This document shows, piece after piece, positions 1 to 11,544 of a stretch of DNA of 64,000 bases (position 1 is its first letter; every line of letters starts with the position of its first letter). The translations under genes were made by a program, and so were the position numbers. Under the pieces are notes generated by a model. That model worked only from the letters and a program-made list of their open reading frames with translations, did not search any database and was not told the DNA's origin. The DNA comes from Diplonema japonicum (taxonomy: Eukaryota; Protista; Euglenozoa: Diplonemea). The stretch covers positions 935,970-999,969 of the forward strand of contig OZ025650.1 of assembly GCA_964019335.1 (NCBI GenBank), in the 5' to 3' direction.

Positions 1-702
1 GCGAACGAGAAGAGCGGCAGCATGGTGATGGGAGCCTTCCAGTCTGACGCAGAGGCGGCGTTTCGGGAAGTTGCTGGTGTACCGGACGATGTGGTTTTGG
101 TGCACCACGTGCTGAGGGCCTACACAAGCGTTGGGGGTGCTCATGTCGGGCAAGCCTCGCGCATGAAAGAAGTCCTGTCAGCACTCTCAGTGTACTACGT
201 GTACGTGGCAGTGTTGTGTGAGGGGCTCAAGGTGCTGCTGGAGATGTTGAGATGCTCGTCGCTCCTGCCAGACTGCGTAACTGAACTCACTGAGACGTGC
301 TTCTCGATATGTCACTCCCTGCTACGCGGACACACAAAGGACATCGGGGCAGACCTAAAGCAGCCTTACGGACTTCTCTTGAACTGCTTTTGCGCCATGT
401 CTGTAGGCTCCTCAGGCGTGCGGCGAACTATGGTGCAGCCTTATATCTATGAGTTTGCGGAAAAAGCGCTAAAGAGTTACCCCACCGACCCCTGCATCGT
501 GGATAGGGCACTCACGCTGCTCACCAATCTGTGCTTTTGCGTAGCTGTGCGGGAGACCATAGCACAGAGCAGCATCCCGAACACGTTGAACAAACTGGCT
601 GCAAACCATCTGCGAACACGACCAAAGCAGTTAGCTAAGGCTGCGGCGCTGTTGGACACTTATGTGAAGGTGAAGGGGCCGCTCATGGCGATTACAGCGT
701 GA
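1..702 (+). CDS. Armadillo/HEAT-like helical repeat protein, C-terminal part (5'-truncated by window edge)
   Basis: Frame is open from base 1 to TGA at 700-702. Helical Leu/Cys-rich segments such as 'VDRALTLLTNLC' resemble ARM repeats. Confidence 0.55.
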   Translation, partial: ANEKSGSMVMGAFQSDAEAAFREVAGVPDDVVLVHHVLRAYTSVGGAHVGQASRMKEVLSALSVYYVYVAVLCEGLKVLLEMLRCSSLLPDCVTELTETCFSICHSLLRGHTKDIGADLKQPYGLLLNCFCAMSVGSSGVRRTMVQPYIYEFAEKALKSYPTDPCIVDRALTLLTNLCFCVAVRETIAQSSIPNTLNKLAANHLRTRPKQLAKAAALLDTYVKVKGPLMAITA

Positions 703-1022
703 CTTCCGTCGCGCAGTAGTGATATTTGTTTCCCCCAACAGTGTTAGACACTGAAAGTTTTATTTAATTTTTCGTTCCTCCCTTTTTCTCTTTTTTTTGA
801 AAAAGAGTCCCTTTTTTCCTAAAGCAATTTTAGCCCCAAATGGAAACGATGTTCTCGCTATGATGCGCACCTAGGAATATGGCTCAATGGAACGGGGTCC
901 CTGGAAATGAATATTTAGAAAAAATTGTGTCCTCTTTTCCCGGTAGAAACTAAGAGTTGCGGTCAAAAAAAACTTAAAGCTTTTCTTGCTTCCCTTCTCC
1001 CCCGTTTAAAAAAAAAGAAAAA

Positions 1023-1484
1023 ATGACTAAGTGGGACGAGAAGTACGTGATGGCGGTTGTGGCTCTCCCGATGTACTTTGTGCTGACGATGGCACCGCAC
1101 TTTGCGCGGCTGCCCGTGATGGCAAGGTTCATGGGTGGCCTGAAGGAGGCGAACGTGGAGCCCAGGAAGGCGTTTGAAGAGTTGGCTAATTCCGATGACT
1201 CGAAAGCTGCTTTTGTACGCCGCTGCACTGGAGCCCACATGAACAGCTGGGAGAACTACATAGTTTTCATTTCTGCCTTGGTGGCTGCTGTTGCAGGGGG
1301 CGTGAAGCCTTCTTTCGTTAACGACTGTTCTCTCATCATCATCCTTGCAAGGCTGTGCTACATTGTGTGTTACCTCAGCTTCGGACAGGGCATCCTCAGC
1401 ACCATTCGTAGCTTTTTCTATATTGTTGGACATGGTACATGCTTCGCGTTGTGGGTCAAAGCCTCCATGGAAATTTGTGATTGA
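1023..1484 (+). CDS. MAPEG family membrane protein
   Basis: 153 aa with about 4 hydrophobic segments, the MAPEG-type 'RCTGAHMNSWEN' motif and 'ARLCYIVCY'. Confidence 0.8.
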   Translation: MTKWDEKYVMAVVALPMYFVLTMAPHFARLPVMARFMGGLKEANVEPRKAFEELANSDDSKAAFVRRCTGAHMNSWENYIVFISALVAAVAGGVKPSFVNDCSLIIILARLCYIVCYLSFGQGILSTIRSFFYIVGHGTCFALWVKASMEICD

Positions 1485-2400
1485 GGGCCGCCCAAAGAAA
1501 AGAACCTCTAACTTCGTATTCACAGACCTATCTTATTATTACTCCGAACAAGAAAAAGGGAAGGAACCACACTCTGACATTGTTCCAATCCCAATTTACT
1601 CCCCCCTTCCCCCCCCGCCCTCTCTTCTTTTTTTGCAGCATGCGGCCTTCGCTTTAGGGGTTTGCATGTTAATTTGAGTTTTTTTTCTCCCTTCCATTTG
1701 CTCGTTTCACGGGCAGTTCTAGCTATTTTTTTTTTATTTGACAAGTGCTGCTTAGTTTCTTGTAAAGAACAAAAAAAAGAAAAAAAAAAATGAAAAAGAA
1801 AAAAAAGAGAGCAGTGAGTGCTTACCTTATGATTTGTATCACGTTGAAATGCTGACTCTTTTTTTTTGTTTTTGTTTGTCCCCTCTTTCTCTGTTTCCCT
1901 TTCTTTTGGAAACTCAAAAAAAAAAAAAAAAAAAAATGACTGTACTTTTTTGTGTCATTTCAATGTAAAGTAGTACCATTATTGATCTTTAGGCTCCATG
2001 TGTTCATTGCAGGGCTCAGTTCTTTGTTCTTCGTAGTAAAGAGAAATGAAAGAAAAAAAAGAAAAAAAAAAGAGTTACAGAAAAAAATGGGTAGTATTAG
2101 AAAACAAGATAAATAAGAAAAAGGTTAACCAAATAGAAAAAAGGGGGAACATAATGTGGCCGGGCACTGACTCCCTCCGGGTGTATTATGTTTTCATTGT
2201 CCTTTCTTTGTTTATTGTTTTGCCTTTCCCTGCCCATCTTTTTTTTTTCTCTCTCTTTTTTTTTTTTTTTTTTGCTTTGTTTCCCAATCTTCTTTCGTTC
2301 TTTCTTCCCTTTACTTTTTTTCTTTTTTTTGAAAAATCCGCTCCCAATCAACTAAGGACAGACCACCCCACCCCACCCCACCCCACACTACAAACACAAA

Positions 2401-2976
2401 ATGTCGATCAACCAACTGACACAGCAGCGATTGACCACTCGCACAACAGCGACGTACGAGACTGTGGACACGAACATGAAGAATGAAACACTGCTAGTGA
2501 AGGGGCCCATGGGCGAAGGGGAGTGGGTAGGAGTACCCATGAAGACGGTGGGAGGTGTGCTAGTAGAGAAGCATGTCGAGATTTCTAAGGTGAAAATGGA
2601 CAAGGATACAGTGGAGAGCCAACTGCACATTGAACACACACTGCAAGGATACGAAACCTTGCCCCTCCTAGCTTTGAAGTACGGGACAACAGAACTTGAC
2701 ATCTCTCGTTGCAACAGCCTCTTGGGCACCTTGGACTTCGTCTCACCTGGGACGATTCTCCGAATCCCTGCCAGAGGTGTCACTGACTATGAGCCAGCCG
2801 CACCTATATCAGAGAAAGACCTTGCTCTCGTGAAGTTCCGCGCAATGGCGGCTCCCTGCACCAAAGAAGAGGCAGTGTTCTACTTGCAAGACCACGATTA
2901 TGATGTACGTGCGGCGTATGAAGCCCGCAAAATCGACATCGAGTGGGAAAAGAAGCACCCTAAAAAGACAAAATAG
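2401..2976 (+). CDS. LysM-domain protein with C-terminal UBA-like helical domain
   Basis: LysM motif 'HTLQGYETLPLLALKYGTTELDISRCNSL...PGTILRIP'. C-terminal 'EEAVFYLQDHDYDVRAA' is UBA-like. Confidence 0.75.
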   Translation: MSINQLTQQRLTTRTTATYETVDTNMKNETLLVKGPMGEGEWVGVPMKTVGGVLVEKHVEISKVKMDKDTVESQLHIEHTLQGYETLPLLALKYGTTELDISRCNSLLGTLDFVSPGTILRIPARGVTDYEPAAPISEKDLALVKFRAMAAPCTKEEAVFYLQDHDYDVRAAYEARKIDIEWEKKHPKKTK

Positions 2977-3266
2977 AACGAAGAAAAAGTATATACCATA
3001 TGATTTAAAAAAAAAAGAATTCTGTTCCACCCCACCCCCCTTTTTTTTCCGTAATGCGTTGATTCATGCTCAATTTATATCTAGCACATTTATCCTGTTT
3101 CCTTTGGGGGGGGGGGGGGGAGAAATCAGAAGCATAGCTAGGAGGGAGTTTGATTTTTTTTCTCCTCCCTTTTTTTTCCCCCCATGTTACATAGTTTTCT
3201 TTCTTTTTTTTCCCCCCTCCTTCTTTTTCTGTTACCCTTTTCTTTGTTTCTCTCTCTCCAGGAGTA

Positions 3267-3416
3267 TTTTTTTTTCTTTTTCTTTTTCTTTTTCTTTTTC
3301 TTTTTCTTTTTCTTTTTCTTTTTCTTTTTCTTTTTCTTTTTCTTTTTCTTTTTCTTTTTCTTTTTCTTTTTCTTTTTCTTTTTCTTTTTCTTTTTCTTTT
3401 TCTTTTTCTTTTTTTC
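3267..3416 (+). repeat. (TTTTTC)n microsatellite / very long polypyrimidine tract ending in CAG
   Basis: About 24 near-perfect hexamer units seen directly, followed by CAG at 3417-3419. Confidence 0.95.
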
Positions 3417-4039
3417 CAGTCTGCTGAAATTACTTCACGCACTCGGACTCTCAGTCCATGCCAAACCTCATTACTTCACGGAAGTATTATAGGTTCGGCA
3501 AGTAGCTCCCTCTGCATCTCTCCCACTGGCCACTGGCAGGAAAGTACTCCTGTGAAAGCCGAGAGAGGATGAAGGCCAACTGTCCTTCAAATATAATTGA
3601 AGTACGTGAAAAGGTTGAGCGAGGAAGTCAGCCCTACTCTGCCCACATCGAATAGTACAGTACAAGCGAGAGGATGAGTTTGATGACCTGCCAAGGTTCG
3701 CCCCTCATGGTGAAGTGATTTCAGAGTCATGAAACAAAACCCTTACCTACCGCCAAGGAATGCCTTTACCGTCCTCGACACCCTGAGCGGTAAGGTCATT
3801 ACTTGTTGGCAGTAAATATGCTATTATTTTTGTTGCCCTCTTTTTCCTCATAATTCGATTACAACAACACCCACGGCATGGCTGAAAAGGCAGCACTTTC
3901 GAGGATTCCCGTCGTGGTGACATTCGACTATAATTTTTTTTTTGGGGTTTCCTTCCTGGGTATGTTTCACAACAATACTTTTTTTCCTTCTCTTATTTTT
4001 TATCTGAAAGTTTTTTATTCATGCAAGGGGGCAGTAAAC

Positions 4040-6535
4040 ATGCCTATTGTCAGAGTGTCCGGTACAAGCCGTCCGTGGCCAGAAGAGCCCAAGCCGAAGA
4101 AGTCTTGTTTCCGGCCTGTCAGTGATGAGTGTGGCGTAAGATCGGCACGTGAGGGGAGTGATTTTGTGCCTGTAAACAAAGGGGTGGTGAAGGAAGTAAG
4201 AGAGGTGAAGATAGTGAAGTCGAAGGAAGTTCCTCAGTCGAAAAAGCAAACCCTATGTGGTGTACGGGGGAAGACCTTTTGCAGCAAAAAGGCACCCCCC
4301 AACGAGATTCTCCGCATTGTGGAGGTTCCTGTACCTGTGGAGATCCCTGTGCACATAGAAGTGCCAGTGGAGGTTCCTGTACCTGTTGAGATCCCTGTGC
4401 ACATACAAGTGCCTGTGGAGGTTCCTGTGCATGTTGAAGTGCCCGTTCCTTTTGAGGTGCATGTGCCCAGCGAAGCACCTGTTCACACCCCCCTTCCCAC
4501 TTCCCCCGTGCCACGTGACAATGTCATCTTGTACTCCCATTCCCCACCCCCCATCGTCAGCTGTGCCTCACCGAGTCAAGTGAAGGCGGTCTCATCACCT
4601 CTATTTTACCAGGAGTCTGCCTTTGCAGTTCCCAATCGTTCCTCTCCGAAGACACCTCGTGATGCGAAGCCCCTTTTCGCCAAATCACACCACTCGATCT
4701 CTCCAGCGAAGCAGCGCCCACCCCTCTTCACAACGTCCGATAACCTTGCCATACCCCGACAGACCACCTCACCCCCTGTGTCTCCTAGACCCCACCTCTC
4801 TGCAAGCAGTAACTACGTCGCCACACCTAGGCGCTCTGAGGCACTAATTGAGCAGTCTTGTCCCTCGTTGTGCGTCTTCCCAGACCCCGTTCCGGCGCGG
4901 CCAACATCGCCGAAGCGAGTGCACCTGTTCAGCCAAAGCAACTCCCTAGCTGTGTCCCCAACTAATCAAAAAGCGGCTGTGGCACGGGAACCCCTGATGT
5001 TGTTCACAAAGAGTGACGAGATGGTCCTTAAGAAGCAGCGTGAAGTGTTGTACCCAAAGGTTGACAGCATAACAGTGCCCAGGGCACGGGAAATAAGAAA
5101 GGAGGTAGTACTCTCTTCACACAGTAACTCACTTGTTTCGCCCAGAGCCAAAGAAGCAAGGACTGTGCCGAGCATGCCTAGTGTACCGCGGGAAGAAAAG
5201 AGAGAAGTTATGTTGTATGGAGACGGTTGTTCCTTGTCAGTACCCAGGGAAAGAGAAAGGGGGGAAGTTGTTTTATACAGCACCGGCAGCGTGTTGAGAA
5301 GAAGAGAAGAAACGAGCCGGGAAGTGGTCCTGTATGACAACAGCAATGTCCTGTCGGTTCCAAGGAACAGGGAAGTCAGGCAGGAAGTGGTCCTGTATTC
5401 AGAGAACCGTAAGTTGCAAGTGAGGAAAGAGAAGTGTAATCTTGTGGCTCGCAGCGAGGAACTTTCTGTGCCGCGGGAACGGAAGCAGCCAATAAAGCTG
5501 TACGAGCAGATGGAGCACAGCCCTGCCCGACGCCGTCTTGAGGTGCAGCTCTACGGGCATAGCGAGGAGATGTCGATCGAACGTGAGAAGCCCACGCGAA
5601 GTAACACACCTGTGGAGGTATTCTCAACGGTGTCGTCTGTAGCGCGAGCGTCGCCTACGCCTGTGAGGCAGTTGGAGTACAACGATTACCTTCTGGGTGT
5701 GGAGACAGAGTTCAAAACGGTTCCTGAGTCTTCTAGGGTACCTGATACACCGCCACATGTGTCAAAGGCCATCAGCTCTGCCGAGGAGCGTGTGTACATC
5801 CCGCCAAAAATGACGGGGCTGTGGTTGCATGGTGTGAGGGACGACACGTTCAGGGACAGGCTGCGGCCGTACTTGGTACCAAGGCCAAATCCATTCATTA
5901 ATGTGCGTGGGCGGGAAGAGGAGGTTCTAGACATGTGTTGCAGCACGGACGGGATCGAGGAGGACCTGGTGGCCGCTGCTATGGAGGTGATTGGGGAGGT
6001 GAGGGAAATGCAAGGCGTGTGCATTTTGAAGGCTAAGGCGGGGATGATGCGTGGGCTGGGACTGGACATGTCTATTCAGGACCCGCCAATGTTCGCGGAC
6101 GAGGAAACGGCGGCTGTGCTGAGCTCGTTGTGGCAGTTGGACTACCCGCCAGGACAGGCAGAACTGTTCAAGAAGACACTGCGGGATATTATTCAGCTGC
6201 TTCTGCCATACCTGAGGCAGGAAGCTCACAGTGGAAGGTACATTTCCCCTCCGAGGGGCTATAGACGTGATGCTGACGTGAGGATCCTAGCTACCGACCA
6301 CAAAAAGATCTCCCCCCCTCGATCCAGACATCAGTCACAGCTGCAATTGCAGCAGGCACAGAGTAGCACCCCAAGCAGCCTGTTACGTTTCCCATCACCT
6401 GTGAAGTCGAAAACACCAATCACCCCCTCTACTGCTGCCCCTCATGACTATAAATACATCTCGCCGCTTCACAACCGACATTCTTCCCGAGCCTCTCGAA
6501 CCCAGACGTCCCGAACTTCTTTCCCTTCTTACTAG
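4040..6535 (+). CDS. Low-complexity protein with articulin-like VPV repeats
   Basis: Long ORF, probable start MPIVRV at 4040. Contains 'VEVPVPVEIPVHIEVPVEVPVPVEIP...' repeats and repeated 'REVVLY...LSVPR' units. Confidence 0.65.
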   Translation: MPIVRVSGTSRPWPEEPKPKKSCFRPVSDECGVRSAREGSDFVPVNKGVVKEVREVKIVKSKEVPQSKKQTLCGVRGKTFCSKKAPPNEILRIVEVPVPVEIPVHIEVPVEVPVPVEIPVHIQVPVEVPVHVEVPVPFEVHVPSEAPVHTPLPTSPVPRDNVILYSHSPPPIVSCASPSQVKAVSSPLFYQESAFAVPNRSSPKTPRDAKPLFAKSHHSISPAKQRPPLFTTSDNLAIPRQTTSPPVSPRPHLSASSNYVATPRRSEALIEQSCPSLCVFPDPVPARPTSPKRVHLFSQSNSLAVSPTNQKAAVAREPLMLFTKSDEMVLKKQREVLYPKVDSITVPRAREIRKEVVLSSHSNSLVSPRAKEARTVPSMPSVPREEKREVMLYGDGCSLSVPRERERGEVVLYSTGSVLRRREETSREVVLYDNSNVLSVPRNREVRQEVVLYSENRKLQVRKEKCNLVARSEELSVPRERKQPIKLYEQMEHSPARRRLEVQLYGHSEEMSIEREKPTRSNTPVEVFSTVSSVARASPTPVRQLEYNDYLLGVETEFKTVPESSRVPDTPPHVSKAISSAEERVYIPPKMTGLWLHGVRDDTFRDRLRPYLVPRPNPFINVRGREEEVLDMCCSTDGIEEDLVAAAMEVIGEVREMQGVCILKAKAGMMRGLGLDMSIQDPPMFADEETAAVLSSLWQLDYPPGQAELFKKTLRDIIQLLLPYLRQEAHSGRYISPPRGYRRDADVRILATDHKKISPPRSRHQSQLQLQQAQSSTPSSLLRFPSPVKSKTPITPSTAAPHDYKYISPLHNRHSSRASRTQTSRTSFPSY

Positions 6536-7465
6536 GCAAGGCAGAAGGGATAGACCGAGTCTACCTTTAGCTTTATTGTTGTTTATTTGCTTCGGGGTTG
6601 CCATCATGTGTATTAGCATCCTCTTCTTTTTCACCCACCTCCCTTCATTGTTTGTTGATTTGTGGGTTTTTCTATCTTTCGTAGTGGTAGAATGACGGAA
6701 CTTGTGTGCATTTTTAAATGGAGAATTTCTAAATGGGGGGGGGTCAAAAATTGTGCCCATGGCATTTGATGCCTTCCTACGAAATGCCCAGAGGGTTCTT
6801 GATGCGGTTTGGGGAAGTAATAGGGCTAATGTTCCGATGGTGGCAGTGCTGATAGGTATAGTTCCGAGCAGCTCGTCTGGACTAGCAGTGCTGTCGATAG
6901 TGCTCCTAAATGTCCATGGGTGCCGCGCACTACACCACTACACTGACGCATTAAACGAGTCTTGGCAATATACTTGAAGAAGATAGCGATGAGGTAACAA
7001 TTATCGAAACCACTCGTACTACGGACGGATAGTGGCATTTGGCTGCCAGGCAGAAGTTGCACACATCTCCACGATGTCCAGCCGGTGCTAAGCTGATCTT
7101 GGGGTTTGTTTCATCAAAAAACCGGCATCGGGGCACAATTTGACCCCCTACTTACCCCAAGTGATACGATGGACCTTGTCAGCCGAACCCTCACGTGTAG
7201 TATTCTCTTCGTTTTTCTTCAGGTGTGATCACGGCCATCTTTTATTTTCTTGTTTATCTTTCATTCTTCTTTTCCTCTTGCCCTGCTCCTTTTTTGATTC
7301 ACCTTCCTTTTATGGAAGAGTGGGAAAAAAAGGCCGAGCGAGGGAGGATGGAACTTTTTGTTCGTGGACTTGCACTGTAATATTACTTGACTCCCCCTTC
7401 CCAACCTCCTGTTAGAATTCCTGTACAAATTTTAAAGCACTTTATTTTTTGGTACCAATACTCCC

Positions 7466-7804
7466 ATGCTCCCTTTAGCCCGCAGGAACACGCACATGAC
7501 AGCACCGGCATTCTGCGATGCTGTGGATCTCGCTAAGTCATTGTTAGACATTGAGTACTTGACAGATTCCTTTAGGCAGGTGATCGCAGGGCGGCTCACC
7601 CCCGCTGTTGACCACAGGGACCTGGACATCCAGATATCTACAAAAACGAAAACCATTGGTATTAAGAACGGTGTGGAGGCTGTTGTGTCGGGACGGCTTC
7701 TTACTAGTGAATCGGTCACCTTCTCCGCCACTTTCCTCTGCCAGAAGCACGCTGCGCTCACTCCCAGTTGGGTTATTACTGTGTCTGCATTCACTCAGAA
7801 CTAA
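7466..7804 (+). CDS. Hypothetical small protein (possible NTF2-like fold)
   Basis: 112-aa ORF co-oriented with the cluster. The beta-rich C-terminus 'GRLL..VTFSATF...WVI' is only suggestive. Confidence 0.4.
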   Translation: MLPLARRNTHMTAPAFCDAVDLAKSLLDIEYLTDSFRQVIAGRLTPAVDHRDLDIQISTKTKTIGIKNGVEAVVSGRLLTSESVTFSATFLCQKHAALTPSWVITVSAFTQN

Positions 7805-7912
7805 ACCTGATTCCTATCCTCACTGAGCCGCTAAAGCAATTTTCCCCTAGCTGAGTTTCGTATTAATTTAGTAAAATTCTTTACCATCTTTACATTCCCA
7901 GTACAGTGCAGC

Positions 7913-9568
7913 ATGTCCGTGACCGACGAGGATGTGAAGGCTGCTCTTGAGTCAGGAGCCTGGACTGAGAAGACAGATAAGAAAACGGGGAAAACATATT
8001 ATGTGAACAAAGCCACAAAGAAGACCTGCTGGGATCTGAAGAAGGAGCTTGCAAAGTCGAAGGGGGGTGATGCAAAGGAAGACGAGAAGAAAAAGACGGA
8101 TAAAAAAGAAGAAAAAGCAAAGCCCGAGAAGAAGGAAGCTAAGAAGGAGAAAGAGAAGGAACCAAAAAAGGAGAAAGAGAAGGCGGAGAAGAAAAAAGAG
8201 GAGAAGTCAGAGCCTGCTGAGGCGGACCGCGAGAGCGTGGCTTCAGCGGCGAAGCCGACCAATTCATCGAGCAGACCCAAGCGGGGGAGCATGGTGTCCA
8301 ACGTGTCACATGCAAGCAACGTGAGTAGGATGTCAGCGGCAACGGAGCGCACCATCGGCGGCGAGGTGCAGCCGTACACGCCCATTATCATGCGCAGTGA
8401 CAACCCGCACAAAGGGAAGTACATGACAGCCGTGACCCTCGAGGTCGCCTCAAAGGGTGTCGTCGACGGCCCTGACATGGTCTACGGCTTTACTGAAAAG
8501 GAGGTCAAGCTCGCAGCCTCTTTACGCAGAGAGCAAATGCGGCAGAAGTACTACGACAGGATGTCCCTGCGTTCGTACATGGACGACAGACAAGGCGGAC
8601 CTCGCTCTGGCAGCTTAGTCGAGGCGGCCGACTACTGGGATGGCGACATGTTGCACGGCGGCGGCCTGCCGTGTCCCGACACACGCCGCTATATCGCACC
8701 TTCCAACATGTCACAAGTTACGGACGACGGTGGTAAGGACGGAGCACTCCGTGCGGCGTCTGCGTGTGGGGACGCATCTGGTGTGTTGCGACTGCTGAAG
8801 GAAGGCGGGGTGAGGGTCAATGAACCAAGGCAAGACGGGAAAACTGCCTTGCATCATGCTGCCCGACACGGACATCTTGAAGTGATCGAGATTCTTTTAG
8901 AGGCAGGCGCCGACCCTTTGCGGCCTGATATGAAGGGGCGCACCGCAGTGGACATGGCTGCGCAGTTTGGACAGCGTGGTGCTGTGTCATTACTGGAGAA
9001 CAGAGGAGGAGGAAGCCCAGGGAGGGTACGGCACCACTGGCATTGCTCGCCAGACAGGTTGTCGCCAAGGTCTGCGACGAGAGAGCCTAGTGGCACAGTG
9101 TACCCCACTGCATACCCAAACCCTGTAGAGACAAGGAGGCAGCTTACGGAAGACGTGACGGAGGCCATGAGCGGGATGTCAATGCTCGTGAAGGGGTGGA
9201 TAAATGACTGGGGAAAGCATCCACAGGAGTCCATCGGGTATCCCCAAGGTTACAGGGAATACAGGAGAGGACCTCAATACGACCTGCCTAGCGAAACACA
9301 GAAGCACCCGGCCGGCCGTATTTCGCCGCCAAGGAACCCTCGCAGTCCTGGGATCCTGGACGAGCTTACCGCACACATATGGGCAGCAGCCAACAACGGC
9401 CCCCAACCAACGAACATAGACACGCCTCCTGCACCACCTCCTGCCCTTGGAGCTACTACCCCAACACCTATAAGATCCTGGGGGCCTGCTGCAGACACAC
9501 CTCCTCGGGCACCTCAGTATCCTGCGGCACAGGCTTACTTGCTGCCTTCTGACGGTATTGATATATAG
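7913..9568 (+). CDS. WW-domain and ankyrin-repeat protein
   Basis: N-terminal WW motif 'WTEKTDKKTGKTYYVNKATKKTCW', a KE-rich linker, and ankyrin 'DGKTALHHAARHGHLEVIEILLEAGADP'. Confidence 0.85.
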   Translation: MSVTDEDVKAALESGAWTEKTDKKTGKTYYVNKATKKTCWDLKKELAKSKGGDAKEDEKKKTDKKEEKAKPEKKEAKKEKEKEPKKEKEKAEKKKEEKSEPAEADRESVASAAKPTNSSSRPKRGSMVSNVSHASNVSRMSAATERTIGGEVQPYTPIIMRSDNPHKGKYMTAVTLEVASKGVVDGPDMVYGFTEKEVKLAASLRREQMRQKYYDRMSLRSYMDDRQGGPRSGSLVEAADYWDGDMLHGGGLPCPDTRRYIAPSNMSQVTDDGGKDGALRAASACGDASGVLRLLKEGGVRVNEPRQDGKTALHHAARHGHLEVIEILLEAGADPLRPDMKGRTAVDMAAQFGQRGAVSLLENRGGGSPGRVRHHWHCSPDRLSPRSATREPSGTVYPTAYPNPVETRRQLTEDVTEAMSGMSMLVKGWINDWGKHPQESIGYPQGYREYRRGPQYDLPSETQKHPAGRISPPRNPRSPGILDELTAHIWAAANNGPQPTNIDTPPAPPPALGATTPTPIRSWGPAADTPPRAPQYPAAQAYLLPSDGIDI

Positions 9569-9788
9569 TCCCCCGCTTGGGAGGACCAGTACTGTATGCA
9601 TCGTCCCTTTCCTAGATTCGTCGAGGGTTCGTTTTTTCTCCCCCATTTTGTACATCTTGTGTTTTGTTTTTGTTTTGTATTTTTTTTATGTGTCCTTGTC
9701 CCACTTCATGGTGATTCATCTCAGGCCTCTGGAAAAAAAAGGAAGAAAAGGGTGCGATGGGAAGGTGAAGATTGCAACTGATGACGCG

Positions 9789-10514
9789 ATGAACTTCCAT
9801 GGTGAATTGATACCTGAGGCGTGCGAGGTGGTGTGTTTGGATGACGTGAACAATGGAATGCCGCTGCACGGGTGCACGGTGGACGGGTGGATGGTCCCGT
9901 GCCATGGGGGGGACTTGCTATTAATAAGGAAGGATTGTATTTTGAAGAGTTTCACGCACTGGAAGCTCCCGAAATTCGTGCCTAATGTTGATTTGAAGAT
10001 CAGGTGTTCTGTTCATGTCGATGTCATTGCAGCTGTGCATCCCTTGAACCCCAATTTTTTGCCTGGTTGTTTCAAGAGAGCACTGATCACAGGGAGCTAC
10101 AGCAGGGTCTTGGCAGCGACAAGGGAACGCGTTAAGAGCCAAGATTTCTACCGCTTTTACCACGCCAGGTTCAAGCCGGGCGACCACACCATCGTTCAAC
10201 AGGACCCCATAGGTATTGGCCGCAACGTCTATACCCTATTTGCTCGTCCTGCAGACCCCTCTCTTGAGGTGAAGTACATTCCTGACGATTTTGAACAACC
10301 CAAAACATATCCAGCTTGGTTGAAGCCGAACAAGAAGATAGAACTACCGGCTATTATGTGCCTTCCCAAGTCCACACCCCAGTCTCATTCAGAGAAGTTG
10401 CTTCTTGACATCAGGCCCAACGTGTCGGCTATTATGGGCATCACGCTGAGCCCGACGCCGCCTGAGCCGGGCTGCCTAGGCCTAGGGTGTGTATGCTTGG
10501 GAGGGTGTAACTAA
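9789..10514 (+). CDS. Hypothetical protein
   Basis: About 241 aa of coding-like composition, probable start MNFHGE. No family recognised. Confidence 0.55.
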   Translation: MNFHGELIPEACEVVCLDDVNNGMPLHGCTVDGWMVPCHGGDLLLIRKDCILKSFTHWKLPKFVPNVDLKIRCSVHVDVIAAVHPLNPNFLPGCFKRALITGSYSRVLAATRERVKSQDFYRFYHARFKPGDHTIVQQDPIGIGRNVYTLFARPADPSLEVKYIPDDFEQPKTYPAWLKPNKKIELPAIMCLPKSTPQSHSEKLLLDIRPNVSAIMGITLSPTPPEPGCLGLGCVCLGGCN

Positions 10515-11544
10515 AACAAAAGGAAGAATGGAAAAAAAAAAAAAAACAGTAAACAAGCCCCCCGTCAACCCATAAAGGGCGAAGAACTTGCCCCACAACA
10601 ACCTCCTGGAAAAAAGGCCTCCTCCCCCCGTACCTCTGCTACAGTCATTCCAGTAGTTCCGATTAGCCCGACCACTCCAAAGCGCCTCCTTCCCTCGTCT
10701 TCCTGTGCTTATTCGGAACAGGCCCCAAGATGGGGGAAACTTGATATAACCAAATTCTCAGCGAAACCTAACGCGGGGACATGATCAAAGATATATCTGC
10801 AATGTGGTGTCCTTTTTCTTATGTTTTGGACCCGGGGTGCGATCACTTCAAACTTAGACACAGCCATATTTTAAAGAAAAAATTAAAAAGAAAGTTTACA
10901 CCAATTCAAGAAAAAAGAAGATACGAAGAAAGTTTTGTCTATTCTAGTTTTTATCTCCTTCCCCCCCCCCTTTTTTTTTGCTCTGCTTTTCATACTATTC
11001 ATGACTGAAAAATCTTTGTGGAGATAGAAATAATATTGCATTAGTTTTTTTTTTTTGTCGGGTTTTTGAAAATAGAAGAGAACGGGGGTGGGGGGGAGTA
11101 GGGAATAAATAAACAGGCAGCGAGCACCTAGGGAGTGAAACGAGGAGATTACATTGAAGAAGGGAGGAAGTTAAAAGGGATTCACCTCTTCTTAGCTGCA
11201 ACGAGGGTAAACTAGGTTGTCCCTTTTGTAATGAGAATGTTCCGTGAAGGGGAGAAAAGCTGCCTTTGTGCGCTGTCCCTTATTTTGGGTGCGTGTCAGG
11301 TTGCACCCAATTCTTGTGGATATTCCTTTCATCTCTCCTGTTTTTCTGTTCTATTTCTTCCCGTTACGGGCTGCATGCAACTAAAAGAGGGGTGGGTGGG
11401 GTAAATAAACAGGCAACCAAATAAGTGCAGCAAAATTTGGGTCACAATGATAAGGGAACCTGGGAAAGACGGGAAAGGGAAGCAATGAAAATTGAGGGGG
11501 GGGGGGGGGGGGGGGGTTCCTTTTTTTCCCCGTTTTTTTTTTCA

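Noticed and set aside
2900-3492. ORFs with poly-F, FS or KR runs
   Set aside because: They are translations of the (TTTTTC)n microsatellite.
6702-7200. Possible small gene starting MAFDAFLRN
   Set aside because: I could not build a consistent spliced reading frame or recognise a family.
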